Shown one piece after another: positions 11,900 to 23,200 of a stretch of DNA of 33,000 bases. Numbering within the stretch: position 1 is the stretch's first letter; each line of letters opens with the position of its first letter. Made by a program: the position numbers and the translations under genes. This stretch comes from Dicyema japonicum (lineage: Eukaryota; Animalia; Dicyemida). The DNA is taken from NCBI GenBank assembly GCA_011109175.1, contig RDEW01000059.1:31001-64000 (forward strand), written 5' to 3'. The notes under the pieces were generated by a model. It did not search any database. It was not told the origin of the DNA and saw only the letters and a program-made list of their open reading frames with translations.

Positions 11900-12085
11900 T
11901 TGGACGGCTCTCTCTTTATTACTCATATGACCTGTTAATACCGCTCTTAATATCTCTGGAGACATCAAACCTAATCCGGGAACAGCGAAATCTCTTTCCA
12001 TCATTCAACTCAACATAAATGGACTGAGAGGAAAGATAATTGAGCTCAGAAATTTCTTAAACAAAACGACATCAGTGATTACTGT
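11900..12085 (+). mobile_element. 5' fragment of an APE-type LINE ORF with a 2A-like motif
   Basis: From 11955: SGDIKPNPGTAKSLSIIQLNINGLRGKIIELRNFL. QLNINGL is the first APE endonuclease motif. Confidence 0.7.
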
Positions 12086-12089
12086 CTCC

Positions 12090-13140
12090 TCGCAAATATC
12101 ATTCTCCAAATCTATGTCAAATTATAGAAAAATACAACCATCATTAAGTGCAAGTGTTAAACCAGGAATGCCTCTATACATCTCAAAAGGTATTCTCCGC
12201 TCGACGAATGTACAGTTATGTTATACATATGAGTGGCACTAGGTAACATTTGAATCCAAGATTTTTCAGCGTTTTTGTCATCAGAATCCGTGTAAGATCT
12301 AGATTAAACCTTTCATTCGGTTTTAACGCAATGATATAATGTTCTTTATCACTTATCTATTAAAATATTACTAAAAGACAAACTTTTAAAGTAGAAAACT
12401 TACAGATTTCACAGAAATTAATTACTCTGTGGATAACAATTCTTTTAATGTGGAAGTAGTGTTTATTGCAGAGATCTTTATTCATTACAAGAGTTATGGA
12501 GTGGATGTTTCAAAGTATTTCTTACAAGTTTGAAATTTTTATCTCAAAAATTATGGAATTTATTATGCTTAGATGTATCCAAGTCATTTTGAGAGTGTCC
12601 GTCATGAAGCTCTCTTGGGGCGGCTATTCTCGCCAGATATCTCTTTATTTGACTTGATTTCTTTTCCAAAAAAGATTAGTTTGTCGAAATTGATACATGT
12701 CTAACGTTATTTCGTTCAACATGGGTGGTCTTTATGTTAGGAGTGACAAAAATTTAGTTACTTGTCTGTTTCGGAAATCTACTTTATTTAACATGTCCTG
12801 AACATTTTCAAGACAATCTGCGTTTACATTGCGACTCCTACAGTCGTTGCTTATGAACTCGTACTAAAATCAGTAAGAAAAACAGAACAGATTGACCTAA
12901 TATGACTGACAAGTATTACATCGACACATTTTTGACAAGAATTTAAATTTCCACTTTAATATCAAAAAACTAGTAACCCAACCCAAAACTTAAGCGAAAA
13001 TATTGAAGAATTGTTCCGTTAAATATTTGAATGTCCTAATCAGCTCTGAAATAACAGTGAGCTATCCTAAATTCAAATAATTTTACGCAGAGTCCTTAAT
13101 GAAAAGGTTAAGAAATTTTCCCCAAGACTTCAAATCTAGA
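12090..13140 (-). other. Unresolved gene-like region with micro-intron-like segments
   Basis: Several GT...AG segments of 20-33 nt lie between open stretches (e.g. YEFISNDCRSRNVNADCLENVQDMLNKVDFRNRQ). No consistent model and no recognised family. Confidence 0.25.
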
Positions 13141-13154
13141 ATTAAATCCTAATA

Positions 13155-14090
13155 CAGTGTAACCCCGGTTTGGGGCACTCTGTTCCCTGAAAAGCGGGGT
13201 GGCTCGAAAACAGGGGTTATTGTTTTTTCCATTCTAAAATCTTTTATTTTAAACCATATAAATTTAAAAAAGGTTAAAGATTTTATTTTATTAATAATAT
13301 CTATCAAGTCGCTCTTTAACGAAGTAATCGGTTATTTTTGCTCCAATTTTGTAACCATTTCGGATGTTTCTCATTACTGCCATTCGGAATTCGTAGAATT
13401 TTTTAATGACTTTGGTATTATACAGGAAATGTTCTGTTTCAGAGTATTTAAAGTTTCCAGGATTTGTTTCTCTGTCACGTCCTCGTTTTCAGCTACATCT
13501 CCATTATAGATAAAAGTGTTGCATTCAATAGTTTCTTCATCATCAGCCTCGGTTAATATTTCATTTACAGCTTCGGTCATTATTTCATCAGTTAGGCGAT
13601 CATCAATATTTAAGACATCACGATTTTTTCAATTTGTTTCCAACAATCTGTGAATTTCTGTTACTTCATTCCAACTTTTTGAAACCAGCATTACAACCTG
13701 ACGAAGGTTTGGTTTTGAAAGAAGTTCTTTAAGATCACTTTCAATGTCCTGAAAACATAAAAATTCGATTAAAAAATTTGAGTATATGATCCCCATATCT
13801 AATGGCTGTGTATAGGGTGTCGTATTTTTAGGCAAAAAAAAGAATTCGATAGTGGAGCATTCAATAGTTTTATGAAATCCTGCATTATCAAGTAATAATA
13901 ATATTTTCTTTGTTGAGTAACCAACTTCTCATCTTGCTTGCATAACCAACTTCTAAAAACGTTCCCGTCATCCATGCACTTTTGGAAGCTGAATATAAAA
14001 CACAAAAATCTTCAACATTGAAATTTTTGAAACAGCGAGTTTATTATATTTCCCAATAATCAATGGTTCAAGTTTTTCACCCTCATAATT
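13155..14090 (-). mobile_element. Tigger/pogo DNA transposon, 3' half with probable TIR
   Basis: Frameshifted EKLEPLIIGK...AWMTGNVF..WL...LLLLDNAGFH...LPKNTTPYTQPLDMGII (DDE_1). TA|CAGTGTAACCCC at 13153-13166 resembles a pogo terminus with its TA target. Confidence 0.8.
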
Positions 14091-14269
14091 GCATGAGTTT
14101 CTCCATTAGGCGCGATAATGGACGGTAGGAAGAAATTAAGTTTTTTGGTTTTCCTGGTTTTAGGAGGGTATTATAAGTGAGTTCTTCCATTTTCATGGGA
14201 TGACGTTCTTGTTAGAAGACAAATTAAAAACTGACATAATCGAATTGATTGCAACATTACCAATGTGTT

Positions 14270-14585
14270 TTAGCAAAATTCCCGGATTGCCGTCAGGACC
14301 ACACGTATAAGATCTCTTCATCGACCCTACATTCGAATTGGGATCTACACGGGACTTTGTTAACCACATCATCGCTCCCTACAGGACGGCTTGGGACCAT
14401 TGTGGAAGAACATACTGGGGAAAAGGCCTACAAGGGGAGAACTAACTGGAGATATGCTTACTGGCTTTGTACCTACAACGTTCTGGAGATGAAATTAGGA
14501 TGTGTAACTGCCTAGACTAGCATATGGATGGCTAACAAGGATAGGGTACCGGGATGAACAGTCCAGGCAACTGGCGGACTTGGTA
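14270..14585 (+). repeat. Unclassified dispersed repeat, inverted copy at 22340-22640
   Basis: Core 14325-14490 aligns with the reverse complement of about 22432-22584 (ccctacattcgaattggga...gtggaagaacatactgggga...aactaactggagat...gctttgtaccta.acgttctgga). Confidence 0.8.
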
Positions 14586-14599
14586 GTACCTATTTCGTA

Positions 14600-15145
14600 G
14601 CCTGTTGTTTAATTATTTTTTCATTTTCAGAAATCGGAAAAGGGGTTTCAAAAACACAAATATGATCTGATGAACTCTCATCTAAGAAGTTCGAATCAAA
14701 TCTTTCTATTCGAATTTATCGATTAGTATTCAAAGTCTTTAAAAAATTAAGAGGATTGTTTTTCAGTTTCAGGATTTCTCTTCAAAACTATTGCACAAAT
14801 TTGCAGCTAATCTTGACTTCAATGATTTCAAAGCATCAAATGGATGGTTGGATAGATTTAAAAAGCGCCATGAATTATTGTTCAAAGTAATTTCGGGTGA
14901 AAAGAACTCATGTGACAGAAATAAAGTCGAAGATTTTTTAACGATTACGACAATTTTTTTGATTAATACGAGAAAAAAATATTTTTAACTGCGACGAAAC
15001 CTCTCTTTTTGTTAAAAAAATTGTCTCTTTAAATGATGAATGTTTTGGTAAAACGAAAAGCAAAGAACGAGTTTCAGTTCTTTTATGCTGCAGTCTTGAA
15101 AATGAGAAATTAAAGCCCCTTGTTATCGGGAAATTTAAATATAAT
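14600..15145 (+). mobile_element. Tigger/pogo transposase, 5' half (CENP-B HTH and start of DDE)
   Basis: DFKASNGWLDRFKKRH...ISGE...FNCDETSLF...KSKERVSVLLCCSLENEKLKPLVIGKF. Confidence 0.85.
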
Positions 15146-15149
15146 AATT

Positions 15150-15680
15150 ATGTCCTATTTTAAGACAATGCCCTATTTCTACTAAATAGAAGACCCTAAA
15201 TGGAATAACAATCCCCTCCACAAATTCAACCAAAATACTGGAGGTCACTTATGACTAATGACTTTCAGCAAACATGTGAGCAACATAATCTCCTCACCCA
15301 GCGAAAATTAAATTTTGTAAAAACACTACTTGGATACTACAAAAGATGGTTTCACCCAACAGTAGATCATCTCTACTACCAATATATACATACGTCAATC
15401 AGTTAATGCTGCGCGGCATGGGGTACTAACAAATCCCACACCAACCTAAAGAAGTTAAACTCCATCCAAGAGACAGTCACGAGAACCCTATAAAGATCCT
15501 CCTCGTCATTGAAACAAACCCCGCTCGAAGAACTCGTAAGGAGAACGGAAGCTCAGCCAAAACCCCTAAACTTCCGAAAAGTAATTCGTCCATAAAGAAA
15601 GCTCAAGTCGGAATCAACTGACCTACCTTCCTTTGTTTTGTCGGTGATTCTTGGTTTTTAAATTAAATTAAATAAATAAA
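15150..15680 (+). mobile_element. 3' portion of an APE-type LINE (RT thumb and 3' end)
   Basis: KILEVTYD..TFSKHVSNI...AWGTNKSHTNLKKLNSIQ. The 3' end cctttgttttgtcggtgattcttggtt followed by an AAAT-rich tail recurs at 23800-24015. Confidence 0.7.
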
Positions 15681-15793
15681 TAGGACAAGTTCCGCCCTAT
15701 AATTAGTTAGCAATCCACTTTAATTATTATTTTTTAAATAATATTTTAATTTATTTATATAATAATATAATTTAAAAAAATTATAAATTATAA

Positions 15794-16884
15794 ATGTTGA
15801 TGCTAATTCGCGCGTGGGGTTATATTTTTTTAACATTACTATTATTCATTTTTTTAAATATGTACATTGCTGTCATTCAAATATTCCGTTTTTGGCCTCG
15901 TCTTCATAGAAGTCTTTCAGATTTTGTCGGCCTGTGGGAGTCAGTTCTATCAGTATTCGTTGATATAAGTAAATCTAGATATTTGTGAGATATGTGGGCA
16001 ATGTTAAGTTTTCGTGTTCTGGCATTGAGTTCAAACCAAATAAGTCGTCCCTTGTAATCATGAACCATCAGTGTTGCTTCGATTGGATGTTCCTTTGGTC
16101 TTATTTCCCGACGTTTATAATTATATGACAATTAAATATGTCATGAAACGTCAAATATCCAAGTACCCTATTTTTGGTTGCTTTCTGTTCTCATATTAGG
16201 TCCCATTGTAACCTCCCTTGGGTCCTTCTTCCTTCATCGTCGGTGGGCTGAGGATCAAACACTCATTGATCGTTCCTTCGACTACTATAGATCTCTCAAC
16301 TATCCCCTCACTGTTTTTGTTTTTATTTGATTCAGATCGTTTTCTTTCCCGAAGGTACCAGTTTTTCCAATACTACGGTCAGCAAAAGTAGGTCATATGC
16401 CGTTCAACACTCCCAAAAGTGCTTTAAATATCTTCTCTTCCCCCGAATGACCGGATTTACCTATTTTCTTGATAAAATGAAGAAAGGTTACTTTTTGAGG
16501 AATTCCAGAGGTTGATTACATATATGATGTTACCATTTGCTACGACGGGGGAGTCCCTCTTACTGAGGACTATGCTATTCGGGGTATCTTGCCTACGAAA
16601 GTTCACTGTCACTTTGAGAGACATGAACTCTCAGAGATTGAGTCTCCTGAGAGTTGGTTGATTGATCTTTGGAGGAATAAGGATGAGTTTGTTGACAAGT
16701 ACTATTGGTGTGGATCCCCGAGAATGTGAGAGATCTTGGAGTGAATGTTGTCGGGATTTGTTTGTTGCCATTGTTCTTTATCACCCTTTACTTGTTCTAC
16801 TATTCATTCACTCACTTTCCTCTCCCTTCTTTTGTCTTCACATTTTCCTCTCTAATCTATTCTAATTTTTTATATTTACGATAA
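15794..16884 (+). CDS. LCLAT1: Lysocardiolipin acyltransferase 1 (AGPAT family), with two apparent -1 frameshifts
   Basis: Four introns: 15953-15978, two of 23 nt, and 16487-16508. Acyltransferase motifs IMNHQCCFDWMFLW, FLHRRWAED, IVFFPEGT, YLLFPRMTGF, IYDVTICY and WLIDLWRNKDE are colinear with animal LCLAT1. The frame breaks near 16105-16110 and 16715-16720. Confidence 0.9.
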
Positions 16885-16924
16885 TTATTAATATTTGGTG
16901 ATGTTCAACATAATTAGGGTTTTT

Positions 16925-17605
16925 TATTATTTAAGCACTTCACGAGAGCCATACTAATTATATGTGCAGTAAAAGAAACAAGGTTAGATGTCATTCCTTT
17001 CCATGCTCCCCTGCTTCTAGCCAAGGCTTTCATGTTGTCCAGGTCGTCGGCATTTTTTAGATTTCTTTTGATATTGACCAGGTCTTTTTGTAGAACTATT
17101 GGCAGTGTTGTTCTAGGACTTCCATGATAGCGGCCTTCTTGACTAACATAGTATGTTTACATGTATATGTTCGGTGGGGATGTTCAATTCCATCCTCAGC
17201 ACGTGTCCGAAGAGTTTCCATCGGGATTCCAGTACTTCTAGCAGATAGGTCTAGTGCTGCATCTCTTATATAAAGCATTTCTCTCGTAGGCCAAGTAGTT
17301 CCTGTTATTTTTCTCAGCTGACCTCTGTGGAACGAGTCTAGTTTTTCCATATCCGCTGATGAGGTGGCCCAAGTTCCAGCGTTATATAAAAGTACGGGTT
17401 TTATGAATGAGTCGTGTAAAAGGATTTTCGTGTCGATACCTCTTTGATTGAGCCATAGATTCTTCAGTTTATATAACGCAGCATTGGCTATATCGTTTAA
17501 GGCGATAGAATCTGCTCCTAACAAGAACATCATTACTCGACGATGCACTTGGAAATAATTTGGTTCAGAGGGAAAATTTCCTTTTGTTAATTTCGAATGC
17601 TGCAA
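16925..17605 (-). mobile_element. 3' part of an RTE-clade LINE
   Basis: TKILLHDSFIKPVLLYNAGTWATSSADMEKLDSFHRGQLRKITGTTWP is the typical RTE post-RT region. It ends in an A-rich tail near 16921-16935. Confidence 0.8.
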
Positions 17606-17629
17606 ATTATATGAAATCAGGTAAAATTT

Positions 17630-18030
17630 TATGTTTTAGCTGGCTACTTAAAATTCTTTACCCCAAGTTATTCCATGTCACATGTACCTCTATTACACAA
17701 TTGTTGTGAGAAAATAAGAGACTCTTATCCGGAAATTGATTTGATGATAGCTACTGTACAAGAGGCAATTAACAAAAACAATAGAAGAAAACTAATATTC
17801 AAAGACAGAAACATCGCCATTCCACCTCGTGTGCATTTGACAAGATGGGGGACCTGACTTAAGGCCGCTACATACTATTCAGAAAATCTGATCAGAGTTC
17901 AAAATATTTTCGAATCATTCGCGGATGATGGATATCTAGTTCGAACAGCTAAAGAAAGTCTCAAAAACCACGTGTTAATTAGCAGTCTATGTGACCTTAT
18001 CCGAAGCTATTCGAACATTTCAGGTTTCCG
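17630..18030 (+). mobile_element. hAT-like transposase remnant
   Basis: LLHNCCEKIRDSYPEIDLMIATV...NKNNRR...PPRVHLTRWGT*LKAATYYSENL...FADDGYLV. TRW is a hAT-type motif. Same family as 7960-8360. Confidence 0.55.
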
Positions 18031-18079
18031 AATAAGGTTAAAATAATTTTAACCTAATAATTTTAAATTTTAACTTTTT

Positions 18080-19190
18080 CCAGCATGGTTTCAAAAAGGA
18101 TGATTCACAACGAGCTTCCTCACATCCCTAACTAACTTTATTCGCTCTGGATTTCTGTACAGCCAAGACACCAGAAAACTGTGTTATGCTCACTGGACGT
18201 CCATAAAGCTTTCGACTCTGTGCCGAGGAAGAACCTAACATGGAAAATCTACCAATCAGATATCCCTGAAAACCTCAAACGCTAGCTGATGATCTTCCTT
18301 AGCGGACGAAGAAGTAGAGCGTGCATTTGAAACATTCATTCTGTCTCCCGTTTATTCCCAAATGGAGTACTCCAGAGTTCGCCGCTATCACCATTACTAT
18401 TCAACCTATTTACGGCTGACATTCCGACACCGAATGGAGAAGACGACCTGCTTCTGGCTTATGCAGACGATATCGTCTTAGCCTCACGGGATCAGAACAC
18501 CCAAACAGCGACGGAAAGAATACAACACCACATGGATCGACTACTCGAGTTGTTTAATAAAAATCGGATGTCAGTCAATACCAAAAAATCTGTTACAACT
18601 CTTTATACCTCGGAGATTGCCGAACAGGACAATAGAAGTTACTGCGGAAGGAAGAGCATTGCCGTTCAGCAAATGGCAAAAAATATTGGGTCTGACTTTC
18701 GATAAGCACATGAACTTTTCGAAACATGTCACTAACGTGCTGAACAAATGTGAGAAGAAAATCAACCTTCTTAATGCCTAACAGGTCTATGGTAAATTGG
18801 ACATCACCCTATACTTAAAACCTTTTACTCACAGTACATCGAATCATGCATTTCATATGCGTGTACTTCATGGGGACCACTGGCCTCTTATACGAACATC
18901 CATAAAATCTCAGCAACCAAGAAAAGGGCCTTCAAACTAACGGAGAGATGGTACATAGGGGAAAACATTAAATCACCGACGCCCATGGAGAAACTAATCG
19001 AAAAAAACAAAAATAGACACCAATGCCAAAAAGAAAGTGCTCGTCCGCAACGAACTTGTGTAGGCTCAAAAGATCAACACCGAGAAATGATGAGAGCTTT
19101 GATCCAATTCGACTGGATCACTTAGTTTTTTCGATTTTACCGTGGTCTATGGAATTAATTTAATTTTAATTAATTTTAATTAACCTAATA
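18080..19190 (+). mobile_element. 5'-truncated APE-type LINE RT (I/Ingi/L2-like), decayed
   Basis: QHGFKK, LDVHKAFDSVP, GVLQSSPLSPLLFNLFTADI, AYADDIVL and KILGLTFDKHMNFS motifs in order. AT-rich tail near 19160. Confidence 0.85.
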
Positions 19191-19243
19191 ATTTTGTTTA
19201 ATAAAATCCCACTTTATTTAACAAACAATAAAAAAGTTAATAT

Positions 19244-20480
19244 TTAATAATCAACAACCTTCCTCGCCTGCCTGTTCGCCAGCCTCCTCAGGCAGGTTCG
19301 ATTCTGGTTGCTGAAACAACTCCGAGAGCGCTTGTCCAATTGAACCCTCTGCCCATATGGCATCTCAGGGCTCTGCCTCCTATACTCTAGTGTCAGGCTC
19401 TCAAGGGTCTGCTTTAACACAGTGGATTGTAGATAAGCCTGGAGCTCCCTATCTACCCCCAACTGCTTCAGATAACCCTTGTGGTACTTTGTTGCAATTC
19501 CTTCCCACGTCATTACTATAGGAATAACGAGGACCTTGCAACCAAGCATCTGCCCCATCTCGTTTGCAAGAAAGTCATACTTCCTTTTTTTCTCCACCTC
19601 CACAGTCTGCAAACGGTCTCGAGACGTGATGCCAACTTCTATAATAAGGACTTGGCCAGACTCCTTATCGTGTACCACAATGTCCGGTTTATTGTGCTTG
19701 ACTAGCACCGAGGTACGGATAACACTGTCTACCTTAATTTGGACCCTGGTGTTCTCTACTACAGATTGCACCTTATGAGTCCGCAACTTTCTGGTGTGGC
19801 GAATACCATACTTATTGCATAGTAGAAGATGAAGACTCCTTACTACCTCGTTATGCCTCCACACATAGTCGTGGCAGAGCATGGATCCACATCGAGTGGC
19901 TAAATGATCAACCGACATGCTCCTTGACTTACAGTGGGGACATGTATTTGTTGATCGATTCCAAAAAATATTGCGGTCTTGCATATACGTGTACAGCGCC
20001 TCCGATCGAGGTGAGTTGTCACCGTCGACGACTTAAGGTCGACGTGGGTTGTCCAATGCTTTGAAGAGGACTTTATGAAGACTGTTTAAGTTGATCTTTT
20101 CCATCAAATTATTATATTGTAATTCGATCAACTCCTTCACATTTACTAGCCCACCATCATCAACACCATACTTAGCAGACAAAAAAAGTCTGATAGTGCC
20201 TAGGTGGGTTGCCCTGTTTTCTCGGTCGTTATTATGGCGTGCTTCCTAGCAGACACACTTGACCCAGCTATCAGGGTGTCGTGCATTCGCATTAGGATAC
20301 GCTCACTTAGTTGGACTACTCCACACAGTCCACGGCCGAATTTATCACAATATTGGGTGATTTTGTGTTTTCATTTCCTGATTGTACTTTAATTGCCACA
20401 TTTCGATTCAGTCTTCTACATCCTGTCAATGCTTACGCTGTGGAGTTCCCTTTTTTCACAGCCAGCAAAACATACAAATT
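19244..20480 (-). mobile_element. R4/Dong-like RLE non-LTR retrotransposon, 3' part
   Basis: The open 246-aa ORF carries a CCHC knuckle (CPHC...HLATRC), RHNEVV, and a PD-(D/E)xK nuclease (KPDIVVHD...IEVG...EKKRKY). The upstream decayed part has RLFLSAKYG..GLVNV. Clade assignment is from memory. Confidence 0.8.
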
Positions 20481-20819
20481 GATATAGCTTCACTACATTG
20501 AGGTTTATTCTATTTTTTAAATTAATATAGAAATCAAAAATTATACCTCTTCTAATTTTAGGACCAGTCTCTTCCAGTCTCTTTGGTTTTTAATAAACCC
20601 TTTGTGGTCAAAATCGAGTTACATTTTAAAGACATACAATCTTCCCTTTTGGCTTTTACTTTTCGGTTTCTTTCATTTTATTTGAGGGTAAATAAACCCT
20701 TGAATCAAAAGAGGTAATCATATTACATTTTCTACTCCTCTCTAATCATTATTAAGAGAACGCATTCACAGTGTAATACCCTTCTTCAATAATCAACTTA
20801 ATTAAAAATATCTTCGTTT

Positions 20820-21710
20820 ATTGCAACTCAAAATGAGGTCAGATGGAATGAGTCCATCTTTTGACTAAACACCACATTAAATTCTCCAGATTATAAAGGA
20901 TTTTAAACCCACTACCTGACTAATCTACCTTGCATGTCTCCAATTTCAAAAAGCAAAAACCCTAACAGTATCCACTTCGTTCGTCACTCACTAATTCAAA
21001 ATATCACATCATCTGCTTCAACACCTGACTTGCTCTGCATTCTCAGCAAGAAAGAAGATTTTGGCACTTGGTGTCAACGTTCCCTCCCATCAGCAACTAT
21101 GTAGTTATCAGGCATCCAATCCAAGTCGCACTGCCACTTGATCTTCAAGCAATTCTCTTCAAGGAGAGACGAACATGGTAGGTTTCACTCAGGCACCACT
21201 TATCTTACTTCGTTGGGAAAATCCTTTCCTATTTCAATCAAAACTTATAAACTCTGTCGTGTTCTCTGCCCAAGGTAGGTCCAGTTACGTTCCTTGGACC
21301 AAGCGACTACTGTTCGCAAGCGATGATAGATATGCAAGCTTCAATGGTGGACATTAGCTTCTCATAAGCACTTTCACATTGTCTATCCCAGCTCATCGAA
21401 CATGACATTTAGCATTGACATGTGAATCTAATGAGGATATTCTCTCCGTAAAAACTTTCCTTTGTGCGAAGGTGGTTTTCAACTCTTCTGGGAACATCCG
21501 AGAAAGTGTACCTTGTACGAAAAAGTGATGGTAGCTAGCTGAAATATCCGAAGAAACATAGGGATATATATTATCCCATGGGCTAGCTATTGTGGCATCA
21601 TCAAATACCACAAATTGAATTCGCAGTTTATATTGCCCACTGCACTATCAATCGTCAAAAAAAAAAGCATGGGCCCTAAGGGACCCCCTGCTAAACTCAT
21701 GGAATGAACT
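20820..21710 (-). mobile_element. Decayed CRE-clade retrotransposon (RT to RLE)
   Basis: GV*QGGPLGPMLF, LWY(L)DDATIA and VAVRLGLD..HSC motifs occur in order, with many stops. Confidence 0.65.
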
Positions 21711-21799
21711 AAGTCTGACTCCGTTATGTACGATAGGTGTACAGGTCGGCCTTTCTGATATCAAGAAAAACAACAAATAATTTTTTACGAAGACACTAT

Positions 21800-22300
21800 T
21801 TTAATAGATTCTAAAAACTATAAATTGTCTTGTAAAGCTGCACATATACCATAGTTTCCGAAACTTGAAGAGAAGTTGATAGAATTGATGGAGGTAGTAG
21901 AATCTAATGGTAGATATCGAAAAATCAATTTTCTATTTGGTTTTCTGAAAACATTGTCCATACTAAAATAGTACGTGTTTACTTCAATCCATTGATATTG
22001 GCATCTTATGAGTAATTATTCCATACTCAGGCTAATCTAGTTGACATATTATTTGAAAAAAACGTCTTTTTTAAAATGTTTTGATATACAATTCTTAAAA
22101 AATTGAATTTAAAAGATACGGTTTTTTACAAAAATGGCTGGGGAAGACATATCTGAAGAGACGATCAGGAATTGTTTCAGAATTAACTCCAATAAATCTT
22201 GAAATTGATATAATGCAATCAGAAATAGTGAAGAAGAATCGGAAAAAGTAAGACCTGTATGGATATTTTAATTAGATTGGAACAGGAACAGTTTATTCAA
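21800..22300 (+). mobile_element. Tigger/pogo remnant
   Basis: FPKLEEKLIELMEVVESNG (CENP-B HTH-like) and EDISEETIRNCFR (DDE_1 C-terminal helix). Confidence 0.5.
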
Positions 22301-22339
22301 ATCAGGAATTAGGAGTTAGTTTAAAGAATATTTTAACGA

Positions 22340-22640
22340 GTCCGCCTATGCGGCCTGGACACTTCCGCTCCATTCCATATTCAATTTAATCTCGTCTTAG
22401 CGTCGGATCCCATGAATCCTATAAACGCCCTTATGTCCAGAACGTAGTAGGTACAAAGCTAGTAAGCCCATCTCCAGTTAGTTGTCCCCTAGTAGGTCCC
22501 TTCCCCAGTATGTTCTTCCACAGTAGTCCCAAGCCAATAATGTGGCTAACAAAGTCTTTTGTAAATCCCAATTCGAATGTAGGGAACAATTTGTGTGGGT
22601 AGCACCAGTGGCACCAGTATTCTGCAATAGAAAGCTGCAA
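22340..22640 (-). repeat. Second, inverted copy of the 14270-14585 repeat
   Basis: See alignment under 14270-14585. Confidence 0.8.
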
Positions 22641-22879
22641 TAGAGATAACTCTTAGCTAATGTTGAGAACAAACATGTGTTTCCAATTGCTTCAATAAGA
22701 ATGTACAAACAAATTTATTTTAATAAAATTTAAATACGTTTTTTGATCATTTAAAGCATTTTTCTTAAAAAAAATTTGTTCTTTGTTCTTCAAAATTATT
22801 GATTTTATTTTTTTCAAATTGGACACAATTTTAAGGAACCAAAAAATGGCAAATTTTTGAGGTTCAGCAGCATTATCTT

Positions 22880-23200
22880 CAAGCCTGGGAATAATTATTC
22901 CCACTGAAGTAACTCATATTTGAGTGCACTACTGCCTCGCATCACTGGCAACACTCACGGCAAGTTGAGTCGGGGAGAGCTCTTCTCCAATCCTAGGAGA
23001 GATTCTCCATTCCACGATTGTAACAGCTAGCCTTTGAAAGTATGTTCCGATCGAATTTTTTAGGCGCAGTCCGTCCATCTCTGCTAATGCTGCGTACAAA
23101 CGACTTTATTCCTCAAATTATTTTGTTTTCGGTGAGGGCAATTACGGGGGTTTTCACAAGATGCGCACCCCTCCTCCAATATTACAAGTATAATGTGAGC
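22880..23200 (-). mobile_element. CRE-clade RT fragment
   Basis: GLRLKNSIGTYFQRLAVTIVEWRISPRIGEELSPTQLAVSV corresponds to the RPIAVG...RRL...QLGVG block. Confidence 0.6.

Noticed and set aside
20540-20820. Possible Tc1/IS630-like transposase trace (IIEEGYYTVNAF..., minus strand)
   Set aside because: Catalytic residues are not recoverable and there is no TIR. Too decayed to call.
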